Assembly (NCBI GenBank): GCA_945992255.1
Contig: CAMFVQ010000058.1
Location: 25,292-89,291 of the forward strand
Reading direction: 5' to 3'
From: an uncultured Clostridia bacterium
GTDB taxonomy: Bacteria; Bacillota; Clostridia; Christensenellales; UBA3700
DNA length: 64,000 bases
Shown here: piece by piece, positions 28,222 through 36,505 of the stretch
Layout: the number at the start of each line of letters is the position of its first letter
Numbering within the stretch: the stretch's first letter is position 1
Program-made: the position numbers and the translations under genes
Notes under the pieces: generated by a model
Seen by the model: only the letters and a program-made list of their open reading frames with translations
Databases searched by the model: none
Told to the model about the DNA's origin: nothing

Positions 28222-29814
28222 CTATCTTACGCCAGAGCCTAGTAGCTGGTTGATAAGGTCTATACTTATCTGGTCGTAAATATAGCCTGCTATACGCTCA
28301 GCGTTACCGTCGTTTATTTCGGTACCGTCGCCTTGCGCGTCAACCTTAACGTTAACGTCTACCTCTCGCTTAGTATTTCCGTAGTAGGTTTGCTCGGCGC
28401 TATAGTCCAAGCTATAACCCATGTCGTTTAGTTTGCTTTCCGTCTCCCCCATAGAGGCTAATAGCTCGTTAGACGTGTCCGTGGCGGTTCGTGCCTCGTC
28501 TGTAAACATTCGTATAAGCGATATAAGCAGCATAATAGCCGCGCTTATTGCCATGATAATACCAAGCCAAGGCGTTGAGACCATAGTAAGCGTTGCTGTA
28601 GCCGCACTCTGTGCTAAGGTTGCGGCCCTGAGTGTCTTAAATACAGTTACTCCCGTTTTTACCAGCGCTATTATCTTAGGTAGTACTATTATCAGCATGA
28701 GTATTACTAAAAGTATTTTTTGCCCACCAGAGCCAAGGTTACCTAGCCAGCCGGCGACCGTAGTTATAAGCGGTATAACCGTATTTTGTAAAAATTCCGA
28801 TAGTGCTTGTATTGCCGGCATAAGAGCTACGAGAACCTCAGCTGCCGCGGCTTGGTACTGGTACTTTAAGCTGTCCCACATATCCGCGACCTCGCCGGCT
28901 TTCGCTGCCTGCTCGCTAGTGATTATGCCATTAGCTATAAGCGCGTTATCCAGTTCGGCTATTGCCTCCGCAGACGTTCCGGCTACGGTTGCTACGTTAA
29001 GACCCTCGTCGCCTAGTAGCCCTTGCGCTATAATAGCTCTGTCGGTCTCGTCGTTTACGTTGCGGAGCGCCTCGTATATTAAGTCGTAGATCTCCGCGTT
29101 GGTTTTATGCTCTAGGTCCTCCTGCGCTATACCTAATTGCTCTAGGTAACTAAGGTATCGAGCTCCGCGCCCTGCGGCTATGGAGGACTGCATAGAACCT
29201 ATTTTTACGAGTGCAGCGGTATAGGTTTCGCTGTTTGCTGTGAGCTTTGCAAATCTGTTGGTTTGTATCTGCAAAGCCTCGGCAGTGGTACCATACTTTT
29301 TAGCGTTGTCGTCCAGCTCGTCGCCTACCTTAACCGCCGAGGTTACTACTGCAGCGAGAGCGCCTACCAAGGCTAGCGCCGCTTTTGATAGTTTGCCGGT
29401 TGCTTTTTCCGCTTTGTCGAGCCCGTTAATAAGGTTACTAAACTTTGCCTCGCGGATCTCGGCGTTCTGTTTTCTCATGGCGGCGGTAAGGTCGTTTACT
29501 TTACCCTCCGCCTGGGTTATTGATCTTTGTATTTTTACAAGCTCGCGCTCGTAGTCCTTTTGGGATATATTGCCGGCTTCGAACTCAGCCGTTAGCTCTC
29601 CCTGCTTTTGTTTAAGCAGGTTTAGTTTTTGAGTATTAAGCTGTAAAGACGACGAGAGCGCGTTATATTTCTGCCTTACGGTATCTACATTGCCTGGGTT
29701 AAGCTTAAGGCTTTTATCCAGCTTACGCACCTCTCCGTCGGCAGCCCTTATATCCGCGCCCACCTGTTTTATTTTTTTGTCTAGTATGTCAAAACTGCGT
29801 CCTATTTCGGCCAT
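28222..29814 (-). CDS. Tail tape measure protein
   Basis: Long coiled-coil N-terminal part, Ala/Gly-rich hydrophobic central segments, and a position after the chaperone pair. Confidence 0.8.
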   Translation of the reverse strand: MAEIGRSFDILDKKIKQVGADIRAADGEVRKLDKSLKLNPGNVDTVRQKYNALSSSLQLNTQKLNLLKQKQGELTAEFEAGNISQKDYERELVKIQRSITQAEGKVNDLTAAMRKQNAEIREAKFSNLINGLDKAEKATGKLSKAALALVGALAAVVTSAVKVGDELDDNAKKYGTTAEALQIQTNRFAKLTANSETYTAALVKIGSMQSSIAAGRGARYLSYLEQLGIAQEDLEHKTNAEIYDLIYEALRNVNDETDRAIIAQGLLGDEGLNVATVAGTSAEAIAELDNALIANGIITSEQAAKAGEVADMWDSLKYQYQAAAAEVLVALMPAIQALSEFLQNTVIPLITTVAGWLGNLGSGGQKILLVILMLIIVLPKIIALVKTGVTVFKTLRAATLAQSAATATLTMVSTPWLGIIMAISAAIMLLISLIRMFTDEARTATDTSNELLASMGETESKLNDMGYSLDYSAEQTYYGNTKREVDVNVKVDAQGDGTEINDGNAERIAGYIYDQISIDLINQLLGSGVR

Positions 29815-29833
29815 ATCGTACTCCTTTATTTTG

Positions 29834-29904
29834 TGCGTGGGGCAGGGGTCGAACCTGCAACCGGCGGAGGTGCAGCCGTGCTTTACCGCTTAAGCTACCC
29901 ACGC
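29834..29904 (-). tRNA. tRNA-like element with a non-canonical anticodon arm (possible pseudo-tRNA)
   Basis: Perfect 7 bp acceptor stem (GCGTGGG/CCCACGC), D arm GCTT/AAGC, and T arm GCAGG-TTCGACC-CCTGC. The anticodon stem is CGGCT/CGCCG with a U-C mismatch, the loop GCACCTC lacks U33, and the variable loop is only 3 nt. Confidence 0.45.
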
Positions 29905-29917
29905 ATAAAGCTAAACG

Positions 29918-30337
29918 CTAAGTACGCTTAGCTATTTCAGCAGATATACGGGCCTCTATCCTATCGTCCATACCTTTAAGCCCACGTATAGCCTTGGATA
30001 TAAAGTGCGTACCTGCTATAGCTCCGCTGTGATCGTCCGCAGGTTTCCCGTAGTTAAGTATATTTGCTATCTTTTGATAGGGCTCCCCATTTGGAGCGTT
30101 GCCCTCAAATTCGGCGCTATACCCGTACCAGCTACGACGACCTTGCGCTTTGTTTACTGTAAAGCTTGCTTTTAAGGAACCTGTCCTTATAGGTACTCCT
30201 GCCTGTATGCGGTTCTCATAGGTTTGCACCTCGTCGTCTATAACGCTCTTAAAAGCTTGTTCTGTAGCCTCTCCTATTTCGAGGGTGCCAGTAAGGAACT
30301 CTGATAGCTCCTTACTGATTCCGTCGTTCCAGCTCAT
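29918..30337 (-). CDS. HK97 gp10-like head-tail/tail-completion family protein
   Basis: Start at MSWNDGI behind GGAGGG. The ...RTGSLKASF... segment resembles the gp10 family weakly. Confidence 0.35.
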   Translation of the reverse strand: MSWNDGISKELSEFLTGTLEIGEATEQAFKSVIDDEVQTYENRIQAGVPIRTGSLKASFTVNKAQGRRSWYGYSAEFEGNAPNGEPYQKIANILNYGKPADDHSGAIAGTHFISKAIRGLKGMDDRIEARISAEIAKRT

Positions 30338-30341
30338 AGTT

Positions 30342-30521
30342 TTAGCCCTCCATATCGCAAGGCTCGGCAAGGTCTATATAGTCCTCGTCTGTATCCTTAA
30401 GCGCCTTATCAGCTAAAGCGCCTGCTAAGTTTATGGTATCCATTACAACGTTCATACCGAACTGCAGTATATCTACCTTAAAGCCAAGCTGCGCAAGCGT
30501 ATAAAGCAAGCTGCTTGTCAT
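30342..30521 (-). CDS. -1 frame extension of the tail assembly chaperone (gpT-like part)
   Basis: 59-codon ORF lying in the -1 frame relative to 30533-31081. That frame is open from the A9 slippery tract onward. Confidence 0.55.
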   Translation of the reverse strand: MTSSLLYTLAQLGFKVDILQFGMNVVMDTINLAGALADKALKDTDEDYIDLAEPCDMEG

Positions 30522-30532
30522 GCCGTATCGCT

Positions 30533-31081
30533 TTATGGTTTGACCGTTCCCAGCGCCCTGCGTACTTTGCCATTTTTTTTTACGTCGTCGTCGTATGCAA
30601 CGGCGAGAGTTAAAAGCTCAAAGGCTAGGGCTGTGTCCTCGTATACCTCTTGCGGTAATAGCTCGGTGCCATAGCCCATAGCCTCTGCTCTGTCTTGCTC
30701 CGGCAGAGCGCAAATACGAGTACAGATCATTATGAGTTCTATAAGGTCAAGACCTGCGTCGCCTTGTGGCTTAGTGTCGTTAGCCGCCTTAAGCATCTCA
30801 AACAATGGGCCTGCGTTCTCTTTCGCTATACTCAGCTTAGCGTCTGCGTCCTCTGCCTCTTGGAGCTTGTATAAAACCTCCATATTCTCCGGACGTACTA
30901 TGCCTAGCAAGCCGTTTTTATACTCCGCCAAAGCGTCTGTAAGTTCTACGCCTGCTAGAGACTTAAAAAGCGGAAACAGGTACCCGTTAGCCATAAATAC
31001 TATGGTATCCTCCTCTCCAGTCTCTGGGTCCGTATATGAATAGGTTTTTATAAATTTTCTTGTGTATCTTTTCAAAGCCAT
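30533..31081 (-). CDS. Tail assembly chaperone (gpG-like)
   Basis: Lies between the major tail and tape measure genes, is acidic, and has a slippery tract near its 3' end. Confidence 0.65.
   Translation of the reverse strand: MALKRYTRKFIKTYSYTDPETGEEDTIVFMANGYLFPLFKSLAGVELTDALAEYKNGLLGIVRPENMEVLYKLQEAEDADAKLSIAKENAGPLFEMLKAANDTKPQGDAGLDLIELIMICTRICALPEQDRAEAMGYGTELLPQEVYEDTALAFELLTLAVAYDDDVKKNGKVRRALGTVKP
30573..30581 (-). promoter_or_regulatory. Putative -1 programmed ribosomal frameshift slippery tract (A9)
   Basis: The minus strand reads GTA AAA AAA AAT, 13 codons before the chaperone stop. An A AAA AAA heptamer is present. Confidence 0.6.
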
Positions 31082-31106
31082 GCTGCACCTCCCGTGGCTC
31101 TAGGTA

Positions 31107-31481
31107 TTAAACGTTAGTTACAAGCGTTACGGTTACAATCCTGGAACCTTTCGTTATGTCGCTAGCTGTTACGCTGATTTTACCTGTTGCGGTCGTATAA
31201 CCCACCTTGGTGATCGAGTAGTTATACTCGCCAAGCTTTACGCTATAGCTGCCGTCGCTCCCTGCGTTTACCGCAGTACCAGAACCTACAACGCTACCCT
31301 CTTTAAGAGCTACCGTAGCTCCCGTTACGGCGCCGCTAGCGTCTACAACGCTTATAGTTAGAGGGATTACTGTAGTTTTGACGTTATAGTCCTCTAAGAC
31401 CTCGCCCTTGGTTCTGCCGTCTACTTGTACACCGGTCATATTTTTTATAGCCCTTTTAAGGCCGTCAACAATGCGTCCCAT
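31107..31481 (-). CDS. Beta-sandwich (Ig/PEGA-like) domain protein
   Basis: ORF with a TAGGAGG SD. The repetitive V/T/G/S-rich beta pattern TVIPLTISVVDASGAVTGATV is present. Confidence 0.35.
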   Translation of the reverse strand: MGRIVDGLKRAIKNMTGVQVDGRTKGEVLEDYNVKTTVIPLTISVVDASGAVTGATVALKEGSVVGSGTAVNAGSDGSYSVKLGEYNYSITKVGYTTATGKISVTASDITKGSRIVTVTLVTNV

Positions 31482-31491
31482 TTTAGTCCTC

Positions 31492-32142
31492 CTATTTATT
31501 TTGTGTCTGTGTTACCGTATCTGCTGTAAATTCAGTAGGGAATACGATAGCGTCCTCGTTAGCTTTATACTTGGTTGCGTTGGTTACGCTATTCACAATG
31601 CAATAGGTTCTAGATCCTTGCGAACCGTCAGTTTTAGCAAAGTATACCGGGTAAGCTTTGCCTTTAAGGGTTACGTCCGCAACCGCGGTATCGCCCTCGG
31701 CAATAGTTTTGAGGTTTACCTCTGGCAAATCAAAACGAACCTTATATAGAATTGTTTTGTTAAAGCTACTTACGCCGCCCTCTTTCCTAACCTTATTGTT
31801 AAGAGCCAAGCCTACGTAAGGCGTTGCGTCGTCCTCGTCGCCTACGCATACGCCGTCTGCTACGCTGTACTTTACGCCTAAAAGACTAGGCATATCCTCA
31901 ATAGGCAAGCTGTAAAGCTTAAGCTCTACGTCGCCAAGAACAGGGCCGTTAAGCTCACCCCATGCCGGATCGTTGCCTGCCGCGAGTACGGTACTGTCGC
32001 GCTTAGGTGTAAAGACTAACGAGGTCTCGCCAGTCCACTTAATAGGATCGTTCTCGTATCCGGTGTGACCGCTATTAAGGCGTTGCGTCATTACGTCCTG
32101 TAGGCCCTGTGAAATCATTTTTTGTATTTTTTTCAAAGGCAT
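31492..32142 (-). CDS. Major tail protein
   Basis: The call rests on position (after the head-tail joining genes, before the chaperone) and on size. Confidence 0.55.
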   Translation of the reverse strand: MPLKKIQKMISQGLQDVMTQRLNSGHTGYENDPIKWTGETSLVFTPKRDSTVLAAGNDPAWGELNGPVLGDVELKLYSLPIEDMPSLLGVKYSVADGVCVGDEDDATPYVGLALNNKVRKEGGVSSFNKTILYKVRFDLPEVNLKTIAEGDTAVADVTLKGKAYPVYFAKTDGSQGSRTYCIVNSVTNATKYKANEDAIVFPTEFTADTVTQTQNK

Positions 32143-32155
32143 AATGCTATTCTCC

Positions 32156-32632
32156 TTATACGATTTTAGTGGCGTATATCACCTTACGGTATACGTAAGG
32201 CTCTCTATCAGACGCCGCCGCCGAGGCGCCCTCTCCGTCAGAGCTTATAACGTACTCCCTATCCGCAAGCTCGCTAAGTAGCCCCTCTAAAAACCTTGCG
32301 TGCACCGACCCAGTGTCAAAGGTATAGGCGTCGCTGTAGTATATCGTCAACGCTACAGTAGCGCTAAAGTGGTGCGGCTTGTTGGCCGCGTAGGCTGTGT
32401 CCGGTTTCATACTGGAGTAAACTAGGTATATAGTCCTGCCTACCCCGTCTATAACTACTTTGCTTTGTGCGGCAGATCGCGGCGTAGAGTTACGGTAGAA
32501 TAAAGGGCTCGGCGCGTTCCGCACCTCGTCGTCCGTCATTCCGTACCCGTCGCTCCAGCCAGAGGATATAAGAGCGTCCTCTATATCTTTTAAGGCTATT
32601 TGCTCAGCCTTTAGTAGATTTGTCGCCGTCAT
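32156..32632 (-). CDS. Tail completion/terminator-like protein (hypothetical)
   Basis: The call is position-based. Confidence 0.35.
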   Translation of the reverse strand: MTATNLLKAEQIALKDIEDALISSGWSDGYGMTDDEVRNAPSPLFYRNSTPRSAAQSKVVIDGVGRTIYLVYSSMKPDTAYAANKPHHFSATVALTIYYSDAYTFDTGSVHARFLEGLLSELADREYVISSDGEGASAAASDREPYVYRKVIYATKIV

Positions 32633-32996
32633 ATATGTCTGCTCCTGTATAAGCCGAGTTATCTACAAAAGCGTATGCCGCTATACGTATGTCTCGCCTT
32701 TCGTAGCTAAACTCGTCTGGTTTAGTTTTAATCTTGTAAGTTGTGCCCTGCTCGTCTATGAGTATAAGCTCTCGCCAATGCTTTAAGACTGCCGGGTTGT
32801 AGCCTATCGTTATATATAGGCTCTGCTGTTTTTCCGCTGCGTCGTTGGTTAGTATTTCCTTTTGCGACAAATCCCTTATAGTAGCCCAGAGCCCTTGGCT
32901 CTCTTGGCTGTGTATAAAGTGTCTGAAGTATACAGCGTTAGGCTTTTCCCCTGTCATTACAGGGTAGTAAGCTTGTACCTTGTGCGTTTTTCTCAT
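32604..32996 (-). CDS. Head closure/head-tail adaptor protein
   Basis: Position and size match the SPP1 gp16-type head closure slot. Its start overlaps the upstream stop. Confidence 0.5.
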   Translation of the reverse strand: MRKTHKVQAYYPVMTGEKPNAVYFRHFIHSQESQGLWATIRDLSQKEILTNDAAEKQQSLYITIGYNPAVLKHWRELILIDEQGTTYKIKTKPDEFSYERRDIRIAAYAFVDNSAYTGADIYDGDKSTKG

Positions 32997-33283
32997 TCGG
33001 TACCGCCTCCTAGCAAGCTTTGTAGCTGTACCTGCAGAACTAGCCTTACTTTTTCGTTGTCTACGCCGTCCATCATAGCCCGGCAGTACTCTACTATGTA
33101 GGTGTCGCTGAGGTGTTCAAACTCTGCAGCGGTTGCCTCCGGTAGGGTTTGCCCCTCCTTATAGCCTATAGTAGGCAATAAGGAGGCTTTGGCAGAGCTT
33201 ATATAACGCTCTAGCTTTGTGTTAATGTAATCAAGGTCGTCTTTTGAGAGCTCCTCTCTTACTTGCTCAAGCGTTATTTTCAT
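32993..33283 (-). CDS. Head-tail connector (gp6-like) protein
   Basis: First small gene after the major capsid gene. The N-terminus MKITLEQVREEL is typical of this family. Confidence 0.5.
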   Translation of the reverse strand: MKITLEQVREELSKDDLDYINTKLERYISSAKASLLPTIGYKEGQTLPEATAAEFEHLSDTYIVEYCRAMMDGVDNEKVRLVLQVQLQSLLGGGTE

Positions 33284-33306
33284 ATAGGGCCCTCCGTTCT
33301 GTCGGC

Positions 33307-34518
33307 TTACGCTTTCTTGGAGCCGTAAACGATAGCGCCGGGAACCGGGCAGGTTGCGCAGAATTCGCTTGCAACGTAGGTAGTGGTACCTTTAACCGCT
33401 GCGCGTTCAGTCTCAAGCTTGATAGCTTGGAGAGAGTTAGCCTTAAAGAACTTAGAAACGTTACCAATGATAAAGTCGCCGTCCTTAAGGTTCTCGTCAA
33501 CGACAAAGCGAATAGGTCCTACGGAGACAATGCCTTGGGCGTTGTTAAGTACTGGGTACTTAAAGTTGCCGTTATCGTCAAGCGAGAAAAATACGTCGTC
33601 GTAAACGTCTTGCGCCACGTACGCCTTAGCTCCTCTACGGTACTTTCCCTTGCAAAGCTTAATACCGGCAATGATTGCGTCCAAAGCGCTACCGGTATAG
33701 CCTCCGGCTACTGCGGCTACTGCGCCAAAGGTTACGCCCTTAATATGGTCGCCGCTACCGGTACCGTAGATAAGGTCCTCGCACCAGTCCTCGTTGAGGT
33801 CTTGGAGCATTTGCTCAATGATATAAGAGCCAAGGTCAAAGTCAGTAAGCGCTTTTACCTCGTCGGTAATAACGATTACAGTTTGGAGCCAGCCCTTTAC
33901 GCCGCTGAGCTTGTCCCATTCCATTTGGTTTTCACCAGTACCTAAGCCCTCTTTCTTAGCGTTTGCCTTGTCTCTGCCCTTACGGTAAGGGAATTCGGTC
34001 ATACCCTTAATATGCGTAAACGAAATATCCGCAAAAATAGGGCTGAGTTTACCCTCCTCTCTCAAGAGGTCGAGGAGCTGCTTAGTATTGATAAAAATAC
34101 CTGCGTTGTTTACGCCGTCAGCGCTTACGCTTGCTGCGACGAAATCTGTAGAGGTAGTAGTAAGAGCCTTACCAAGAGCTCTAACCTCAACGTCTGTAAA
34201 GGTTCTACCTCTAAGTTGCTTACCGAGTACGTAAGCGAGTTTATCTTTGGTCTTAAAAGACTTAAAGTCTACTTGCTGTGCGCCGCCGGTGGGTTCCTGT
34301 GCGCCGCCAAACGGATTGAAATCCGCACCCTCTGCGGAGCCCTTAAGCTCAATAGCTTTCGCTTGCAAAGAGGCTCTCTCAGCAATAAGCTTTTCCTGCT
34401 CCTCTGCAAGAGCGGCGAGCTGTTCTGCAGAAGCGCCTTGCGCTCTGCTTTCGGTTACAATGGCTGCGTTGCGAGCTTTGATCTCTGCAAGTCTTGCCAA
34501 AATTTGTGCCAATGTCAT
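33307..34518 (-). CDS. Major capsid protein, HK97 family
   Basis: Follows the prohead protease gene. Has an N-terminal coiled-coil delta-like region and an HK97-like size of about 400 aa. Confidence 0.8.
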   Translation of the reverse strand: MTLAQILARLAEIKARNAAIVTESRAQGASAEQLAALAEEQEKLIAERASLQAKAIELKGSAEGADFNPFGGAQEPTGGAQQVDFKSFKTKDKLAYVLGKQLRGRTFTDVEVRALGKALTTTSTDFVAASVSADGVNNAGIFINTKQLLDLLREEGKLSPIFADISFTHIKGMTEFPYRKGRDKANAKKEGLGTGENQMEWDKLSGVKGWLQTVIVITDEVKALTDFDLGSYIIEQMLQDLNEDWCEDLIYGTGSGDHIKGVTFGAVAAVAGGYTGSALDAIIAGIKLCKGKYRRGAKAYVAQDVYDDVFFSLDDNGNFKYPVLNNAQGIVSVGPIRFVVDENLKDGDFIIGNVSKFFKANSLQAIKLETERAAVKGTTTYVASEFCATCPVPGAIVYGSKKA

Positions 34519-34531
34519 AATCGTTTTCTCC

Positions 34532-35170
34532 TTATAAGTTTCCTAAAATTTTTATTTTATCTCTATAAGCTTGGCAGGCCAGCTCGTCCAGCTGTTGGGC
34601 TCTTTCGTCCAAATCCCCCTTGCGCCTTGCGTATATAGTTGTCTCGCTATTCGCGCCAAAGTCTACGGCGCTTACGTCGAATACGCGCAGTACCTTATTT
34701 ACAGTAAAGGTAATGCTGTCCGCGGTTTCTGTAACAACCTCGCTTTCGCGGTCTTGTATAAAGGCCCAGCTCATTTGAGAAACTGTACCGGCCTCTACCT
34801 CCATATAAAGGTCTTTACCGCCGGAGGTCGGCAGTAGGTTAGCTCTCATGTCTACTCGGTCGTCAAGTACAGAGATAGTAAGCCTGCCTACCTCGTTTTT
34901 GCTTGTGGTTCGTGCAGGGGTGCCCTTGCAATCGTTATGGTTGTACTTAAGCGGAACGTCTACGTAGTCAGCGCCTACAAAGGAACCGCGGCTAATTACC
35001 TCGTATACTTTCTTACCGTTAAAGGTAAAACCGAGGTCGTACGGCTTGTCAAAAATAATAGGCGTACCGCAAATAATAAGCTCTCCGGTCGCGTTTGGCT
35101 CCGTTCTTACCTCCATGAGGCGCCTATAATCGTGATATCTATCTCTAAGTTGTATAAGTTTTTTACTCAT
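34532..35170 (-). CDS. Prohead protease, HK97 family
   Basis: Lies between the portal and capsid genes. Size and pattern (..PLKYNHN.., ..VSAVDFGAN..) are consistent with S78/U35. Confidence 0.75.
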   Translation of the reverse strand: MSKKLIQLRDRYHDYRRLMEVRTEPNATGELIICGTPIIFDKPYDLGFTFNGKKVYEVISRGSFVGADYVDVPLKYNHNDCKGTPARTTSKNEVGRLTISVLDDRVDMRANLLPTSGGKDLYMEVEAGTVSQMSWAFIQDRESEVVTETADSITFTVNKVLRVFDVSAVDFGANSETTIYARRKGDLDERAQQLDELACQAYRDKIKILGNL

Positions 35171-35201
35171 AGCTATTTCCTCTCTACTTATATAAGGGCT
35201 C

Positions 35202-36503
35202 TTACTGTTTTTTACCGCCCTCGTCGTTAGCTGGTTTTTGGTTGGTCTTTGGTGGCTCCGACGGTTTATCGTTGTCGCCCTCGTCGTTCTCTCCGCCCTT
35301 GTTGTTAGGATCCCGGTAATTCTGGCTTGCTACTACCTTGTTACGCAGTTTTGCAGGAACTGGCAAGCCGAGTAGGTCGCCAAGCGTTCCAAAAGTAAAG
35401 GCGCCCATCTCTCTGCAAGCCTGGAATACCTTTAGCCTTGTCTCCATAGGCATATACTGTAGCCTACGATCCGAGAATGTTATTTTGTTTCCGCGGTCAA
35501 GTTCCGGAGCCGTATATACTTTATACGTAAGCTCTTGCGCCACTCTTTCAAAGAATGGAATAGGCGTAGTCTCCAAATAAGCTACAAGCTCCGCCTCTGT
35601 TGCCTTGCCGGCAATTATAGCCTCTGGGCACCCTAAGTATTTGTATACCGCCTCGTCAAATTGTTTCATTTCGGCGTAGTTCGCGGTCTTTTGGCCATTG
35701 GTTTGTACGGGCGTAAGCTTGTAGGAACTGTCAGTAAAGACTATGCCTACGGGGTTATCTGCTCCTTGCGCGTTAACCTTAAGGTAACGCTCCGTAAAGT
35801 CTTTGCTTTTTTCGGCTAGCTTTTCCTCGCTTACTTTGGTTACGAGTTCGCCTATAAAACGTATATAGGCGCTGGTGCGTATAGCGTTCTCTACGCCCTT
35901 GTAGTTAGTGTTAATAAGGTTGAGTACACCTCTTATACTGTCGTTTTGTACGCCAAACAAAGGGTCCTTTATTACGTTTGACGCTATGTGTGCCATAAGG
36001 CTATACGGGTAGGTTACCTGCTTGCCGTTAATCGTAAAGCGGAGCCAGACCTCGCCGTCCTCAAGCTTTGCGTACTGGATACCGTCCGGCTCCGGAGCCC
36101 ATAGCGCTTTTATATCAAACTTAGCGTCGCGCTCTATGTATATAAAGGCGTTGTTATAGTTGTAGTAAAAAGTAGCTACCCTTTCCCAGAACTCCGCCGC
36201 CGTCTGTAAGGGGTTTGGTCTAAGCTGTAGCAATCTATCAAGACCCTTATAGTCGTGTACTTGTTCTCCGGTGTTTTTGTCTATCCTTACCGCGGAGAAC
36301 TCTACGCGGCTGCAATACTTGGCGTTAGTTTTTACCGCTTGCGAGTAGGTAGGACTGCGCATAAGATCGCTACCAAGTACGGTAAAGTTAGGCGTAAGGC
36401 CTACAGCGTTACCAAGCTGGAGCGCTAGCTGTTCAAGGCTACGCACCTCAACCTCTTTGCTTGCCTTTTTCTTTCGTGTAATTTCAAATCCTAAAAAGTT
36501 CAC
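35202..36503 (-). CDS. Portal protein, HK97 family
   Basis: Directly after the large terminase gene, about 430 aa, with a basic/acidic C-terminal tail. GTG start. Confidence 0.8.
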   Translation of the reverse strand: MNFLGFEITRKKKASKEVEVRSLEQLALQLGNAVGLTPNFTVLGSDLMRSPTYSQAVKTNAKYCSRVEFSAVRIDKNTGEQVHDYKGLDRLLQLRPNPLQTAAEFWERVATFYYNYNNAFIYIERDAKFDIKALWAPEPDGIQYAKLEDGEVWLRFTINGKQVTYPYSLMAHIASNVIKDPLFGVQNDSIRGVLNLINTNYKGVENAIRTSAYIRFIGELVTKVSEEKLAEKSKDFTERYLKVNAQGADNPVGIVFTDSSYKLTPVQTNGQKTANYAEMKQFDEAVYKYLGCPEAIIAGKATEAELVAYLETTPIPFFERVAQELTYKVYTAPELDRGNKITFSDRRLQYMPMETRLKVFQACREMGAFTFGTLGDLLGLPVPAKLRNKVVASQNYRDPNNKGGENDEGDNDKPSEPPKTNQKPANDEGGKKQ

Positions 36504-36505
36504 GG

